Positions 40,345 through 53,970 of a DNA stretch of 64,000 nt are shown piece by piece. The stretch is taken from assembly GCF_037042905.1 (NCBI RefSeq), contig NC_087249.1:9860001-9924000 (forward strand). The letters run 5' to 3'. The first letter of the stretch is position 1, and every line of letters begins with the position of its first letter. Source of the DNA: Lytechinus pictus (taxonomy: Eukaryota). Below the pieces are notes generated by a model. The model saw nothing but the letters and a program-made list of their open reading frames with translations, did not search any database and was not told the DNA's origin. The position numbers and the translations under genes are program-made.

Positions 40345-41472
40345 ACAAGTAAATGTGCATATTGTATCAAATGTTGGTCAACCTAATTGCCACAAATTAA
40401 CTTTTAGGACCAAATGTAAATATCTCGATGCTACACGGACACCGTGTGCTGTATGTGGGCAATTATTGTCCAATTGAGCAAATTTATTACCCAATTATTA
40501 GTTTTCATTTCCCATATTTGGGCAGATTTTATCCAATAGTTGTGTGGACAGTATGTTGCCGAGTGTTGGTTAGAAGTAAAAGTAGATTGCCGCCATATGA
40601 GGTAAAGACAAAGAAATTTCAAAACATGAAGATACTAGGTCTACTTGTGGTGACAGATTCGTAAATGATAACACATTGGGCGGTATAATTATATTCTCAT
40701 AATTTAACCTCGGTTTAACCTACTAGAATTCTAAAGCACACATCTATGGAATGCCGGGCTTCATATTTGTTTCATATTCATGACAATTATTATGTACCAA
40801 TTAATTCATTAAAATCGAAGTTATCTCGGGTTAGACTAAAGCTAGGGTTATACCGGAACCGAATCGGCTGCAAATCAATCCGAATACACGTAATCGGGAA
40901 GTTTCAGGAGTATTCTGTTCTCTCTCCGCGAGTGCGAGAAAATTCTGGAAGGATTCGGGAACATTCGAATCCACCGAAACCATCAGAATTAGGCCGAATT
41001 CGGCTAAAATCGGTCCGAATTTATTCGGCAGTTTTTGGTGTAACCCTGGCTTAAACCATGGATGTCATTGTGTCAGCATACCACCCATTAGATTTTACAG
41101 ACGAATGTCAAACAATCAAAAGGTTTTAAGTCACCATTAAGTTCAATATCTTCCAACCTAATGTGTTGATTCAATTCCATTACCCAAACGAACCTCTCGA
41201 ATGTAAATGTTATTGAACTCATCTTGAGCATATACAAATACAATAACCTTACACAAAAGGAAGGAGGTCATGAATTTTCAAGATTATATTATGGCCTGTT
41301 TTCTGATCAGGTGTAATCAGCGTGGTTTCCTATAAATGTTAATGATATTTGAGTTTTTACCACATTCTATCTTGATTTCAAAATGTGTTTGCATACCATG
41401 CATGATTTATTATGCCTTTGTTTTATTTTTTCACTTTCCATTACATCCCTCTTCTACTTCCGGCTTTCAGAG

Positions 41473-41690
41473 TACACTCTAAAAAAGATTGAGTAAAAAT
41501 TTACCCAATATTGGGTAAAAGGGAACAAGCATATTTGCTGCGTAATTTTCTCCCTCATATTGGGTACAATGCAAGTTTAAAGGGCAACATTGCGTACAAT
41601 TTACAAAGTATTTGGTATCATTTTACCCAGGAACCATACATGCTCTCATTTTACCCAATTAATATTGGATAAAAAGTTTTTAGAATGTAT
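41473..41690. mobile_element. TA-flanked MITE
   Basis: tacactctaaaaa ... ttttagaatgta; internal ttacccaat repeats. Confidence 0.6.
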
Positions 41691-42149
41691 TCTCCCTATA
41701 CACCTCCCTCAACTTCTTCACTTGTCTATACCTGCCTATACTGCCCCCCCCCCCCTGTGTTACCTGTCACTTATTCCTTCTAAGTTTTCTTCATTTTCTT
41801 TCCTTTATTAATCTTTGGTCATGATTTGAAGATGTTATGATTTGTAAACAAGTTTTCGGCATTACTCCTATGTGTTTAAGATCGCATGCCCTATCTGTAA
41901 TGAAAAGTGTAAGTCAGAAAAAACTGGAACCAATGGGATTCGAACCTGCCATCTACTGCTTTCCGGGCAGCGACTTAACCACCAGGCTATTCTGGTTCAC
42001 GGCTAAGCAACGATGAACTGGAATTCAATTACCCTCGATCCTCTTAATTCTTTCTGACTCATTAATATCCAAATGCAGTCCGCCGTGGACAATAGAGAGT
42101 AAATAAAGAAGCTTTATAGGAGAAATTATAATTTGTAAACAAAGTTTCG

Positions 42150-42415
42150 ATGATGATGAAGATGATGATGATAATAATAATAATAATGATAACAAAAATA
42201 ATAATAATAATAATAATAATAATAGTAGAAATGATGATGATGATGATAATAATGATAATAATAATAGTAATAATGATGATGATGATGATAATAATAATAA
42301 TAATAATAATAGTAGTAATGATGATGATGATGATAATAATAATAATAATAATAATAATAGTAGTAATGATGATGATGATGATGATAATAATAATAATAAT
42401 AATCATCATCATCAT
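42150..42415. repeat. (ATA/ATG)n microsatellite
   Basis: Seen directly. Confidence 0.9.
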
Positions 42416-43780
42416 TTTGTATTTGTATTTATATCATCATGGGGCGATCACGACAGTAATTTGGACTGTTGGTAATTGACTCACGGCAATGTAGGCCGTC
42501 AATCATTGTACTTTTATTCTTTACACAATTTGAATTGCACATGATTGTCATTTTTAGGGGGTAAGCCTCCAAAGTAACCCCCTCCCCCGTATACACCTGT
42601 GACTAAACTGTCTAAACTCACGTGACATGGGGTAATGATTGAAAAATACATAATATAGCATCGAGACAGTAGTGAGTTTCCGCGCCACGACGGATTCAAG
42701 TACGCAGTAAATATCGTATTTTAGCATTCACTTCACAGACGCTTTCTGCAACATTCAGAATCTATTGAAAATGTCCGTCAAATCACAAAGGACAGAAAAG
42801 AGGTCATTATCGAAAGTTGGTGGACCGAGACAGCCCATCGTCTTAAGATTCGGACTGGACAAAAAAATTGCAAATATGTTGTTTGTCCCAAGCCCAGGAC
42901 GACACTGCTGTTTTGATTCACCGATTTTCGACACAGACATCTTTGCCATGAAGGGTTTTTGACATAAGATTCTCTGTGTTACAGAAAGCGGCTACGAATT
43001 GATTGCTAAAATGCCCTACCGTATTGAAAATGCCTGTCAAACATAATTAAAATTGGTGAAATGGAACATCAGTTTCGTCCCAAGTTTCGGAGTTGATGAA
43101 AAAAAAATCAAATATATCATTCGTCCAGAGTCCAGGACTAAACTGCTGGTTTGTTTCATCAATTTTCGACAAAGACTTGGTTTTTTATTTTTATGAAGGA
43201 CATCATTTTTAGGAGACATTTGCTATGTTCTTGAATCCGTTGTGTATCGAGGGGCAAATACTATGACCCTATAACGCTTCAGTTGTTCGCAAAATTATTA
43301 TGTTACTAAACCAAAAGAAAATCCTATGCCATGTCTTGGCTTATCTAATATGAATTATGCTACCGAATAATAATAAGCTATATACTTGTAATGAGTTTGC
43401 ATTATGTTCTCTGTTTTAGATATAAATCAATACAAATATGAATTTGATTAATAAGTCAATTTTGTAATTTTATAAAACACCCCCGGGAGCAAAGGCCTAT
43501 TGGAATAAATATATAGGAAGACACATCCCCGCCATCCTCGGATTGTTTATTTTGAGGTCGAGTTAGCAATCTTTGCTATTTTATAGGTTCTAAAATCTCA
43601 ATAAACCCCATACACGTGATACCATTTTATTGTTTAATACCACTGTAGACCATTCTTTCTTCTTTCATTGCTATCTATCTATCTTTTAAATCAAATACTA
43701 TCAAACGTACCTGATTTTTATGCTTCAATCGAAAAAAGAGTCATTTTTCTTGAAGCGAGACCCGATATTGAACGGCCAAG

Positions 43781-43844
43781 ATGAATTGGGACCGATGTAT
43801 AAGGAATCGTGTTCTCTTCTTAATATGTCTGACGCCATGTTTAT
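43781..43844 (+). CDS. MAM-domain protein exon 1 (putative signal peptide)
   Basis: aagATG start; MNWDRCIRNRVLFLICLTPCL; |gtgagt donor, phase 1; joins exon 2 in frame (..CLYHVAQS). Confidence 0.65.
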
Positions 43845-45533
43845 GTGAGTACTATTCACCAGCTGTATTACGTAATCATAGATGTAGTTTTAAATATCAA
43901 TCCTATTAATAAGATCCATGTTAATATATTTGAAAGGATATTGGACTAAGTGGCAAAGGCATGCAGGGGCCGCGGAACGGTTTTGAAAGAAAGTCGGAGG
44001 GGTGGGGGCTAATCCAAAAGTGGGGGCTGACCATGTAAAAAGTCATAATCAGATGGTCAATTTTGTACTCGTTTATTGAAAAAAAAGTAGGGGCTGAAGC
44101 CCGCCCCAGCCCCCGAAAGGGTCCATTACATTGATGATAAGGTTAAAAGTATTGTAATGGTAAGTCATTGACTTCGATCATCCTAATTCTAGTTGATATC
44201 TCGATAATTGCTTATAATTTGTACCATTATTATGACGTGGTCGAGATATAAAGTTTAATTAGCACGTGTTTTTTTTCCTTTTAAATTCAAAGTTACTAAC
44301 GTGCAGTATAAATCTTATATCTACAAATAAGATATACTGGTAATTTTACTACCCCAAAGGAGGATAAAATATCTCGCGCATTACATTTTATTCCAAATCA
44401 CAATCCGCAGATTGAGAGGAAAAGGGCATGTAAGCGTGATATGAATGCATTCAATCTGTTGTTACATTGACGTCTAAATTGTAGATCTTCGTATCTTCAT
44501 ATTTATCTATAAACGAAAGAAAAAATCCTATACATTCGCTATAGCGTTTGAGTATTCTTTTGCGTATGTAATGTATTTGGAGGTGTCGCATTAGTAGACA
44601 GCTACTATTGAAAAAGGTTTGAAAATTTCGGGAGACATTTCTGCATTGACTATGCTGATGATGTTGGCGAAACGGAAATAAAGCACATAACAGGTATTTG
44701 GTTCTCTCTATTATGGAGGGAAAAAATAAAACAATACAAAAGAAAAATTGTGTCGGTGGAACCCATGGCCCTGGGAAGCGGGGGTGCTGGGGTGCTAAAT
44801 TTTGAAGCACTTCCAAAATTTTCCTTGGGGTGCTGCATACTATATTATTCTTTGGTTGGTGTTAAAAATGGAGGAATGTAACCAAAATGACCTATATTTT
44901 ATAGTAAAACCTTTTTTTTATTTGCTTGTCCGATTTCTCTCGACCAAAATGACCTTCATTTTGTAGTGAAACCCTTTTTTTCCTTGACAAATTTACATCA
45001 GCAACCCCAGTAAAAAACTCGTTTCTAGGGACCTGATGAAACCCCTTTTAGAATAGAGCGCTTTATTCCTTCCACGATTACTTGAGCAATTTGTCAGAAA
45101 ATCAATATAATCAGGCTATATTCTTTGCATTAAAATGTTAAAACGCGCTACTTCCTAACAAAATATAGAGTTTGCTTTTATACGACTTCCATCGAGAGGG
45201 CCAAACATGGCGTATGGGGCAAATTTTGTGTAAAGCAGCCGAAAATTTGACATTATTTATACATAAATCTAATTATGTGACAGATTCTGGCATAGTATTT
45301 AGAAATATATCACATTTCACCCTTATTCATCTCCTTTCCCGTCTTTTTGTCGTTTTTTCTTGATTGTGATTTTTTTTTTCTATTTTCATTTCATTTTATT
45401 TATTTATTTATTTACTAATCATGGTCCCAAGCCCCCCCCCCATTAAAACGCCAGTGCACCTATTCATTATAAACTGACCAAACAAAAAACAGCTTAAAAT
45501 GAAAAAGGTTTCTGTATGCTTCTTTTGCAAAAG

Positions 45534-45734
45534 ACCATGTAGCGCAGTCGACGACGGCGCCGCCAACGCTTCTCACCGGTTTCCAATGTGACTTCGAGAT
45601 CAGCATCGTCGATGGATGGTGCGGTATCAGACAGGAGGTCACCGATAACTTCGATTGGATCAGGAAGACGAGTGATGACCCAAGTTTCACGGATCCCCAT
45701 CCTTCCGGAGATCATACTTACAACGTACCACACG
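45534..45734 (+). CDS. MAM-domain protein exon 2 (MAM1 N-terminal part)
   Basis: FQCDFEISIVDGWCGIRQEVTDNFDWIRKTSDDPSFTDPHPSGDHTY matches the MAM CDFE..C...DW...P..DHT pattern; aag|...|gtatg. Confidence 0.88.
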
Positions 45735-46638
45735 GTATGTGTCAATCAGAGGCGTATCTACGGGCAAAGAGGGGGGGGGGGGGTTAAAATGGGCACAAAC
45801 GTAAAAGAAAAGAGGGAGACAATTTAAATCAGAGGATAATTTTTAATGTAGTATAATATATGTAGATTATTTTGCGCCACCCCATGAAGGAGAAGTGTTA
45901 GATGTTTTTATCTTAATACAATTCTCATCTATTTCCTTAGATTATTATATATTTCTGTGTAAATTTTGTATTTTTGTCGACAATAAGATGTTCCATTTTT
46001 AAAATTTCTTTATAATGTCTTAATTTTCATTTATACCATTGAATGTAATTATAGATCTATGTTCCTCACTGAAAAGAACGCAGTGTCCCACAGTGGAACA
46101 CAGTGTGAAATCTCCTTCACACTCTTAAATTTGAGCATTTCCGTCAACAGTGTGAATCACGTATTCACATTGTCGACAACGTGAACACGCTGTGAACAGT
46201 CACACTGTCGAGGTGTTCACACTGTTGAATTTGAGTATTTTAACAGTGTGAATAATATTTTCACATAGTCCACTGTGTGACATCGAATTCTTTTCAGCAT
46301 GATTATTATTTTGTATCACATTTTTCTGTTGGAAATAAATTCAAATTCAAATTTTATTTGAGAAAAAAAATGTAAAATTGAACTTTAAAGTTCCTTTATG
46401 CATTATACAAGTGGATGAAAGTCTATTGTGTATTCTGCAAAATGATCTTGCATTATTATGAACGTATACCTTTTCCTTTTTACATTTCCACCACAATGTA
46501 AAATGAAAAGCATCATCACCACTTTCATTATCGGATATTTCATAATACAGTATTGTTATTAGCGTTATCGCTGTAAACATCAAAGGTGTTTACTTCACTA
46601 TCGGCATGATTATTTGTTATTTATTATTATTATTATTA

Positions 46639-47424
46639 TTGTAACCCCCGAACAGAGTTCGGATGATACTATGGATTTGGCCTCGTCGCGCCGCGTCCGC
46701 CGCCGCCGCCGCAGAGATTTCCTTGTGAGCGCTCTATCAGCTGCATTTATTCTCTGATCATCTTCAAATTTGGCATGAAGGTCGAGTATGGTATAGCAAA
46801 ACCGCCTATTGATTTTGGTGTGGGCGGAACCATCGTTGCCATGGCAACAAGAGTTTTTGTGGAAATAGCAGAGATGTCCTTGTGAGCGCTCTACCAGCTG
46901 CATTTGGCATGAAGGTCCATTATGGTAAAGCAAAGCCGCTTATTGATTTTGGTGTGGCCGGAGACATTGTTGCCATGGTAACAAGAGTTTTTATCTCACC
47001 CACCAGAGGTGAAGGCGAGACTGAGGGATCCAAACGTCGCCCGTCCGTCCGTCACAAACCTTATGACACCTAACTCCGCAACCGTAAGTCACTTTTCAAT
47101 CAAACTTGGATGGTAGATGGACTTGGGGGACCTGCATGTTATGCTGCAGTCAGAGGTCACATGGTAAGGTCAAAGGTAATTTTCAGGTCAACGTTGAAGT
47201 TTACATGCAAGACTCTCTTTCTCCGCAACTGTAAGTCACTTTTCAACCACACTTGGATGGTAGATGGGCTTGGGGGACCTGCATGCTAGGGTCATTATCG
47301 CCATGATAATTGTATTTATTTGTCAAATTTCTGTGTGAAATCCGTCATATCGCAATGACGGATGACGCGGTGGGTTCGGGGGATACATGTGCTCGGCTGC
47401 GCGACCCGCCGAGCATATCTAGTT
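46639..47424 (+). mobile_element. Helentron-type HINE with a second HINE 5' fragment nested at ~46988-47285
   Basis: subTIR gtaacccccgaac / gttcgggggatac; 3' hairpin atgtgctcggc...gccgagcatat followed by ctagtt; (CGC)n and (CGTC)n microsatellites. Confidence 0.78.
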
Positions 47425-47431
47425 ATCATTA

Positions 47432-47627
47432 TATCATCATCATCATCATCATCATCATCACCATCATCACCATCATCATCACCATCATCATCATTATCAT
47501 CATCATCATCATTATCACCATCGTCATCATTATCATCATCATCATCATCATCACCATCACCATCATCACCATCATCATCATCATCATCAGCATCATCACC
47601 ATCATCATCATCATCACCATCATCACC

Positions 47628-47659
<32 letters not shown>

Positions 47660-47714
47660 CACCATCATCACCATCATCATCATCATTTTCATCATCATCA
47701 TCATCATTTTCATC

Positions 47715-47753
<39 letters not shown>

Positions 47754-47760
47754 GTTATTA
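47432..47760. repeat. (CAT)n microsatellite
   Basis: Seen directly. Confidence 0.95.
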
Positions 47761-47812
47761 TTACCTTTATCTTATCTCTTTATGTTTGAATTTTCTTCCA
47801 CATTTCTTGCAG

Positions 47813-48069
47813 CACACTACCTTTACGCATCCTCCAGCAACGGATTCATGGGCCAACTGAACATGCCCGATTTTGCCCAGAACACGGGACCACAATGCTT
47901 GGAGTTCTTCTACCAGTTCGGAGGGGACAACTCGGGGCAGCTCAACGTCTACCAGTGGTTGTCGGTGACGAGTATCCCATCTACGCCTGCCTTGCAAGTG
48001 ATGGGCAATACTGATGATGTTTGGTTTCGTGGTCTTCTAACAATCATGCCACAGACGGATATCTATACG
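47813..48069 (+). CDS. MAM-domain protein exon 3 (MAM1 middle)
   Basis: AHYLYASS...PQCLEFFYQFGGDNSGQLNVY...W; gcag|...|gtcag; phase 1-0. Confidence 0.88.
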
Positions 48070-48233
48070 GTCAGTTGTTAATTTAGGCAATTCGTATTTT
48101 ACCGAAATATTTGAAAAGAACAAAAAAGATCATCTCTCCTTATAAAAGGCATTTAGGTTTCGTCTCTGTTATTTAGCTGCGATGTACTGCGTACTTATCC
48201 CCTACTTTTTTTTTTTTTTTAACATTTCCTTTA

Positions 48234-48826
48234 TTAAAGGGATGGTCCGGGTCGAAAGTATTTATAGCTTAATGAATAGAGTAGAATTCACTAAGCAAAA
48301 TGCCGAAAATTTCATCAAAATCGGATAACAAATAACAAAGTTATTGAACTTTAAATTTTAGCAATATTTTGTGAAAACAGTCGTCATGAATATTCATTAG
48401 GTGGACTGATGATGTCACATCTCCACTTGTTCTTTTGTATTTTATTATATGAAATTAGGTTTATTCAAATTTTTTCATCCAAGAACTAGGAAAATGAGAT
48501 TGACAACTGATTTAAAGCATTAGATATTTATTGCTGCAACTTATTTCATTATAAGGGAGACATATTATACACACAAGTATGAAATAATGAAGAAAAAAAA
48601 AAGATTTTATGTAATAACATAAGAAAACGGAAAGTGGAGATATGACATCATCAGCCCACCTAATGAATATTCATGACGACTGTTTTCACAAAATATTGCT
48701 AAACTTTAAACTTCAATAACTTTATCATTTGTTATCCGATTTCGATGAAATTTTCGGCATTTTGCTCAGTGAATTTTACTCTATGTATTTAGATATAAAC
48801 GTTTTCAGCCCGGACCATCCCTTTAA
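48234..48826. mobile_element. TTAA-flanked Kolobok/T2-like MITE
   Basis: ttaa|agggatggtccggg ... cccggaccatccct|ttaa, with long near-perfect arms. Confidence 0.88.
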
Positions 48827-49739
48827 GGGCACCTAAGTGCGTGGGTTATCCCCGCTAACTCCTCCCTTTTCTTGATCCGGCAGTGGTGGTAGTAGTGGAA
48901 AGGTAATTGTTGCTGGATCCTCTACGCCCCCAAAATAATAATACCAAATGAAAATATAACAACAATAATTAAAGAAAGAAGAAATAAAATAAAAATTGAT
49001 TTAAAAATATGAAATTGAAATAAATAAATAGAATAACTAGATCATTATTATAACAATAATGATAATGAAATAATAAAAAGAATAAGAATAATAGATATTG
49101 GAACATTACATTATATAATTTTCTCACTTTGTCAGTTTGTGAGTTTCCTTCAATATATATTTGGCGAATTTCACGCTTTTATTTGCCAAATCTGCCACAG
49201 AATTGATTGGTTTAAGGAAAAGATACACCGTTTCTAAAAATCAGCCCCCTCGTTCCATAAAGCCTCTGATCATTATTATTAATGAATGTGTGGGTTCGGG
49301 TGAATACACCTTGAAAAATATATAGATTAGAATATGAGTGTCTCCAGGGGCCCGTCTTACAAAGAGTTGCGATTGATCCGATCAATCGCAACTATGGAAA
49401 GCCATCAAAGTCAACATATAAAATGCATATTTGTTCTAGATACGAATGTATATCCATAAATTAATTGATTTCTTGACAATTTGGTGTGTTCTCGTTTGTT
49501 TACAAAGGTCATTTCACAAATTTCCTGTAGAAAAAATTATGACACTGATGGATTTCCATAGAGTTACGATTGATTGGATCGAACGTAACTCTTTGTAAGA
49601 CAGGGCTTTGGTATTCCATGGTGATTTTTACCCCAACTACAACGAGCAGTGAAAGAAGAAATAGAAAAGTAGATAAAAGGAAATTGCACAACAACCAGCC
49701 TCAAAGAAAATGACTGGAGAATAAGATGAAAATTTGAAT

Positions 49740-50195
49740 GCGTCATTTTATCAAGCAATTTATCAAGGATGGACTCCGGTCGTACTTTTCAGTTGCAGCT
49801 CGACATATCTTTACATGCTAAACTGAATTGTAAACCTATTCCCATCCGAGATTTGTAGAATGTTGGTTCTTGATTTATTTTCTAAAGTATCTAGGTCGAA
49901 TTATCTCTTATCTTTCTATTGATTTGTTGTTATAAGATTGATATTTCATTACCTCTTTATGTTTTACACTAATAATTACCAGTTGTAGGTTATTTTCTTC
50001 CTATTTCATTTATAGATTTGTTGTTATTTATGATTGGCATTAATTACATCTTAATGTTTTATACTGATAATTCATACTTTGTTTCTATCTAGATTTATCA
50101 TGTTGTACTTGTTTTATTTCGTTCTGTTTAAATTGTAAAGCGCTTAGAAACTGTATTGTATTAAGCGCTATATAAAAGCTCCATATTATTTATTA
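49740..50195 (+). mobile_element. Decayed L2-like LINE 3' end
   Basis: Terminal hairpin tgtaaagcgcttag...taagcgctatataaa plus an AT tail; upstream cgtactttttcagttgcagct-like remnant. Confidence 0.55.
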
Positions 50196-50371
50196 TCAAT
50201 CACCCACAAAATGGCGAATAGGATATACAATTTAACATTTATCAGATACCCCAGAAATATCCCTTTTCAGACAACGTGAGACAAGCCTTGGTGTCTTTTA
50301 TCCGAGGGTCGGTTCTTCAGGTTAACTTAAAACTTGAACGTCGCAAATTTGAAATGTATGATTGATTATTG

Positions 50372-50586
50372 GGTTCCATGACATTTGCTCCGGCGACAAT
50401 TGCTCCGATGGAAAATCTGCACGTTGAGCTAAACATAAAACCTAACCTCCAAACTTAAATAAACCCTAATCCTTGTCTTCACATTATTCTGTACAAAAAA
50501 AACTCTATTACAATCCCAACTCTAACCCTATGCCCTCTAAGATATTAAAACAGGAGCAAAGTCGCACGAGCAAATGTCGTGTCACC
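50372..50586. mobile_element. 215-bp MITE with 8-bp TSD gattattg; same termini as the 56727-63107 foldback
   Basis: ggttccatgacatttgctcc ... gagcaaatgtcgtgtcacc; gattattg at 50364-50371 and 50587-50594. Confidence 0.85.
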
Positions 50587-50640
50587 GATTATTGAATACC
50601 TAGCTTCTTCAAGAAACGAAAAAAAGCTCCAAAATTATAT

Positions 50641-52483
50641 CCTTTTCGGGGGGGCCCGAGGGGACCGGACCCCCCTATTGGCGGAGCAAAAAAAGAAAAA
50701 AAGGAAAGAAAAAAAAGGAAAAAAGGAGGGAAAAGAGAGGAGAAAAAAGAAGAGGAGAAAGATGAGTAAATAAAATAAGATGAGGGGAAGACTTGGAAAA
50801 TAAAAAGAATCTTTCATGTCACTATATAAAATTTTCGCTCGCGCTTCGCGCTCGCATTGCCTGTTAGGTGATTTTCATATCTTGTTCAATATGGAGTTTA
50901 AATATCAAGTTTGGAAGTCAATATACAAAACATATTTCATCTCGGAAATCGAACTTTCATTATTTTGTGTGATTTTTTAAAAGTGCTCTGTAAAAATGTC
51001 AGTTTTATGGTCTGAATATTAAAGTTTTCTGCTCGCGCTGCGCGCTCGCAAATTTTGATTTATCTTGCAGGTACCTTTTATTTTCGTGTATTCCATAAAA
51101 TTTTCAAAATTTCGCTTTTCAGGTCTGATTGTAAAAACGTATCAGCTCGCGCTGCACGCTCGCATTTTGATTGGCGAGTTGTGTTGTCTCAATATTTATT
51201 ATACAACAAACTACTTAAAATCCCCTTTTCATGACAGTGTATAAAAAAATAGGCTCGCAATTTGCGCTCGCTTTAATGATTTAGATATATTAACTGATGC
51301 ATCCTATTTATAATTACAACAGTGCTTGGAATGTCCAGTTTTCAGACTATAATATCATCAGATTTCGTGCCCTCATTAGGCATTAATGAATAAGATATCA
51401 ATTAAATAATCAAATTGTCCCTTTTAATTGTTTCATCTCGCGCTTAGCAAGAGGAATAGGAAGACAGTCAACAGTTTCATAAGATGACATGTCCTAAGGA
51501 TGTCCCAGTCCTATAAAAAACTCATTTTTTCAGATCGGAATATCAAATAGTTTAAGCTCGCGCTTCGCGCTTGCTTTGATTTTCATGATAAAAGATTATT
51601 TAGAATGCCTAGATTATAGGTCTAAATATGAAACACGCGCGTATGTTTATACAGATGCTCAACTTGTTCTCTTAATTTAAATCATTTTCCAGTTTAAAAT
51701 CACAATATCAAAAATTTTCTGCTCGCGCTTTGTGCTCGCATTATTAATGTACGAAGATCCCCTATTACTCATTCTTTTCATGATTTACAAAACGTGAATA
51801 GAGTGTCCCGTTTTTAGGTCTAAATCTCGATTTTTTTTTTCCGCTCGCGCTTCGCGTTCGCATCAAATTATCAATTGTTTAGTTATATAGCTATCCTGTT
51901 CACGATTACGAAAATTGATTGAAATTTCCCATTCTTTACTTAGAAATGTCCAATATTTTCAGCTCGCATTATTTGATTGCTGAAATATGTAACGTCTTCA
52001 TGGCTAAGTGCAAGCAGTCATTAATACCTTTTCGATCAGCTCAAAACGTATATAAAAATTTTCTGCTCGCGCTTTGCGCTCGCATTATTAATGTAAAGAA
52101 GATCCCTGATTACTCATCCTTTTCATGATTTACAAAACATGAATAGAGTGTCTCGTTCAGTAGGTCTAAATCTCGAAATTTTCATCAATTGTTTAATTTT
52201 TTACTTATTTTGTTTAAGTTACAAAAAGTGCTTAGAATTTCCATTCTTTAGGAAAAATGTCAAAAAAATTCAGCTCGCGCTTCGCGCTCGCATTTTATTA
52301 TGAATAAGGATTATGATATTATATATTTATGTTGATTCATAAGAATAAAGCTAAGAAGTGACTGTTAGGACTTATCCTTCAAAGAAATAAAAAATCATCA
52401 TCGAGCGGCCGATCAGGGAAAATATGGCTGAAAAAAAATCCGGGCCCCCCCCCCCCTATTGGCGAAGGCTGGATCCGCCCCTG
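50641..52483. mobile_element. Non-autonomous repeat with periodic gctcgcgcttcgcgctcgc motifs
   Basis: Motif recurs about every 110-250 bp; ends ccccctattggcgaaggctggatccgcccctg. Confidence 0.7.
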
Positions 52484-52884
52484 CTTTTCTGATACTAAGA
52501 ACCTATCTACTTCATTTTGTATCGAAGTTCACCCGATTTTATTATCTTAACTTTAAATAGCTCTATTTTACGACAAGCATTGAACCGGGTGTTAATGAGT
52601 GGTCTATACTTTATGACATGCTTATCTCGATGTAGTTGTTAACACATATAGAAAGCAGAGATTGTAGTTCAAATAGCTACCGTTTGGTATATTTCAGGGA
52701 CGTATTAGTAAACGATGTTAAGTGTTTGTTTATTGGTTTGTGCCTGTCTGTCAGGGGGGGGGGGGGCTCTACCCCGAATCCGACCCCCCCCCCAAAAAAC
52801 AAAAAATTACACAAATTGTACTCCAACACTTTTTCTTGTCTGCCCCCGTCAAAAACATTTTACTTGGCCCTCCATTTATTATAC

Positions 52885-53135
52885 ACCGGACATGATGGCT
52901 CTGCGGTAGAGCGCCCGCCTCATGAACGGGAGGTCGTGGGTTCGATCTCCGGCCGAGTCATACCAAAAACTTAAAAATTGGGACCTTCTGCCTTCTTGCT
53001 AGGCGCTCAGCATCTAGATTAGAGAAGGGTAATATTAACATGTTCAAATTATGTTATGCAGGGTCCGCTGGAAGAACAGCTTACAGCTGACAGTGGCTAC
53101 CCTGCATGGGTAAATAAGAGTTATTATCATAATTA
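52885..53135 (+). mobile_element. tRNA-derived SINE (Meta/MESC-type core); decayed copy at ~53697-53910
   Basis: A box tggctctgcggtagagc, B box ggttcgatctcc, core gtcataccaaaaacttaaaaattgg...ggcgctcagcat. Confidence 0.75.
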
Positions 53136-53203
53136 TTAAACCCAGTACTGCCACCAATTATGACATATCACAAAAATACATTTTTTTGTCTTCCATTTTA
53201 CAG

Positions 53204-53291
53204 GTGTCCTTTGTTGGTGTTGCAGGATCAAACCAGAAAAGTTTCATCGCAATCGATGATGTCAAAATAAGCGATGGCCTTTGCCCGATGG
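53204..53291 (+). CDS. MAM-domain protein exon 4 (MAM1 C-terminal part)
   Basis: VSFVGVAGSNQKSFIAIDDVKISDGLCP (MAM IAIDD motif); phase 0-1. Confidence 0.9.
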
Positions 53292-53970
53292 GTATGTAGA
53301 TTTCAACACCCCCTCCCACCCCCCTTCACACGTCACAAGAACTCACACATCATTCACAATGGCGTCCTGTCATAATATGTATAGCATAACTCTCTGTAAA
53401 CTTTTAGTATAAAAACAGATGAATTATATTGTTCAGGATCGTTCTTTATTATTATTATTATTATTATTGATTTTTTATTGGAGGGGGGGGGGGCTGACGC
53501 ATAGGTAGGCTGGAGTTTTGACAGGGGTCTCTTCTAAAATATGAAGGGAAAAAAGAGGGCAAAAGAAAAAAGAAAACTTAAGGAGGAAATAAAGAGGAAA
53601 GAACATTGTTTGAACTCTGCAATTGATATATTTGTTAAGACTAAAGATGTTTTATTTTTATTAAATGTCCAGACAAACGACCTCCTTCTTAAAATGACCG
53701 GATATGGTGGCTTAGTGGTAAAGCCCGCAGCCTCATGAACAGAAGGTTATGGGTTCTGTTTCTTGCACAAGTCAAAATCTAAGACTTTTAAAATGGGACC
53801 CTTTGTCTTCTCACTAGCTCTTCTGGTCATGCGCTCGACGTATTGGAACGGGGAAGGGTAATAAGAACATTATGTCATGTAAGGCCTGCTATGAGAACAT
53901 TTCATAAGAGTGTAGGCATATGATATTGATTAAATTAATTAATTTATCTCCAATGTTGAATATCATTCAG

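Noticed and set aside
42755..42962. Short overlapping ORFs upstream of the MAM gene
   Set aside because: No recognisable domain or consistent splice structure.
47362..47812. Poly-Ser N-terminal extension of the MAM exon
   Set aside because: This is a (CAT)n microsatellite upstream of a good acceptor at 47812.
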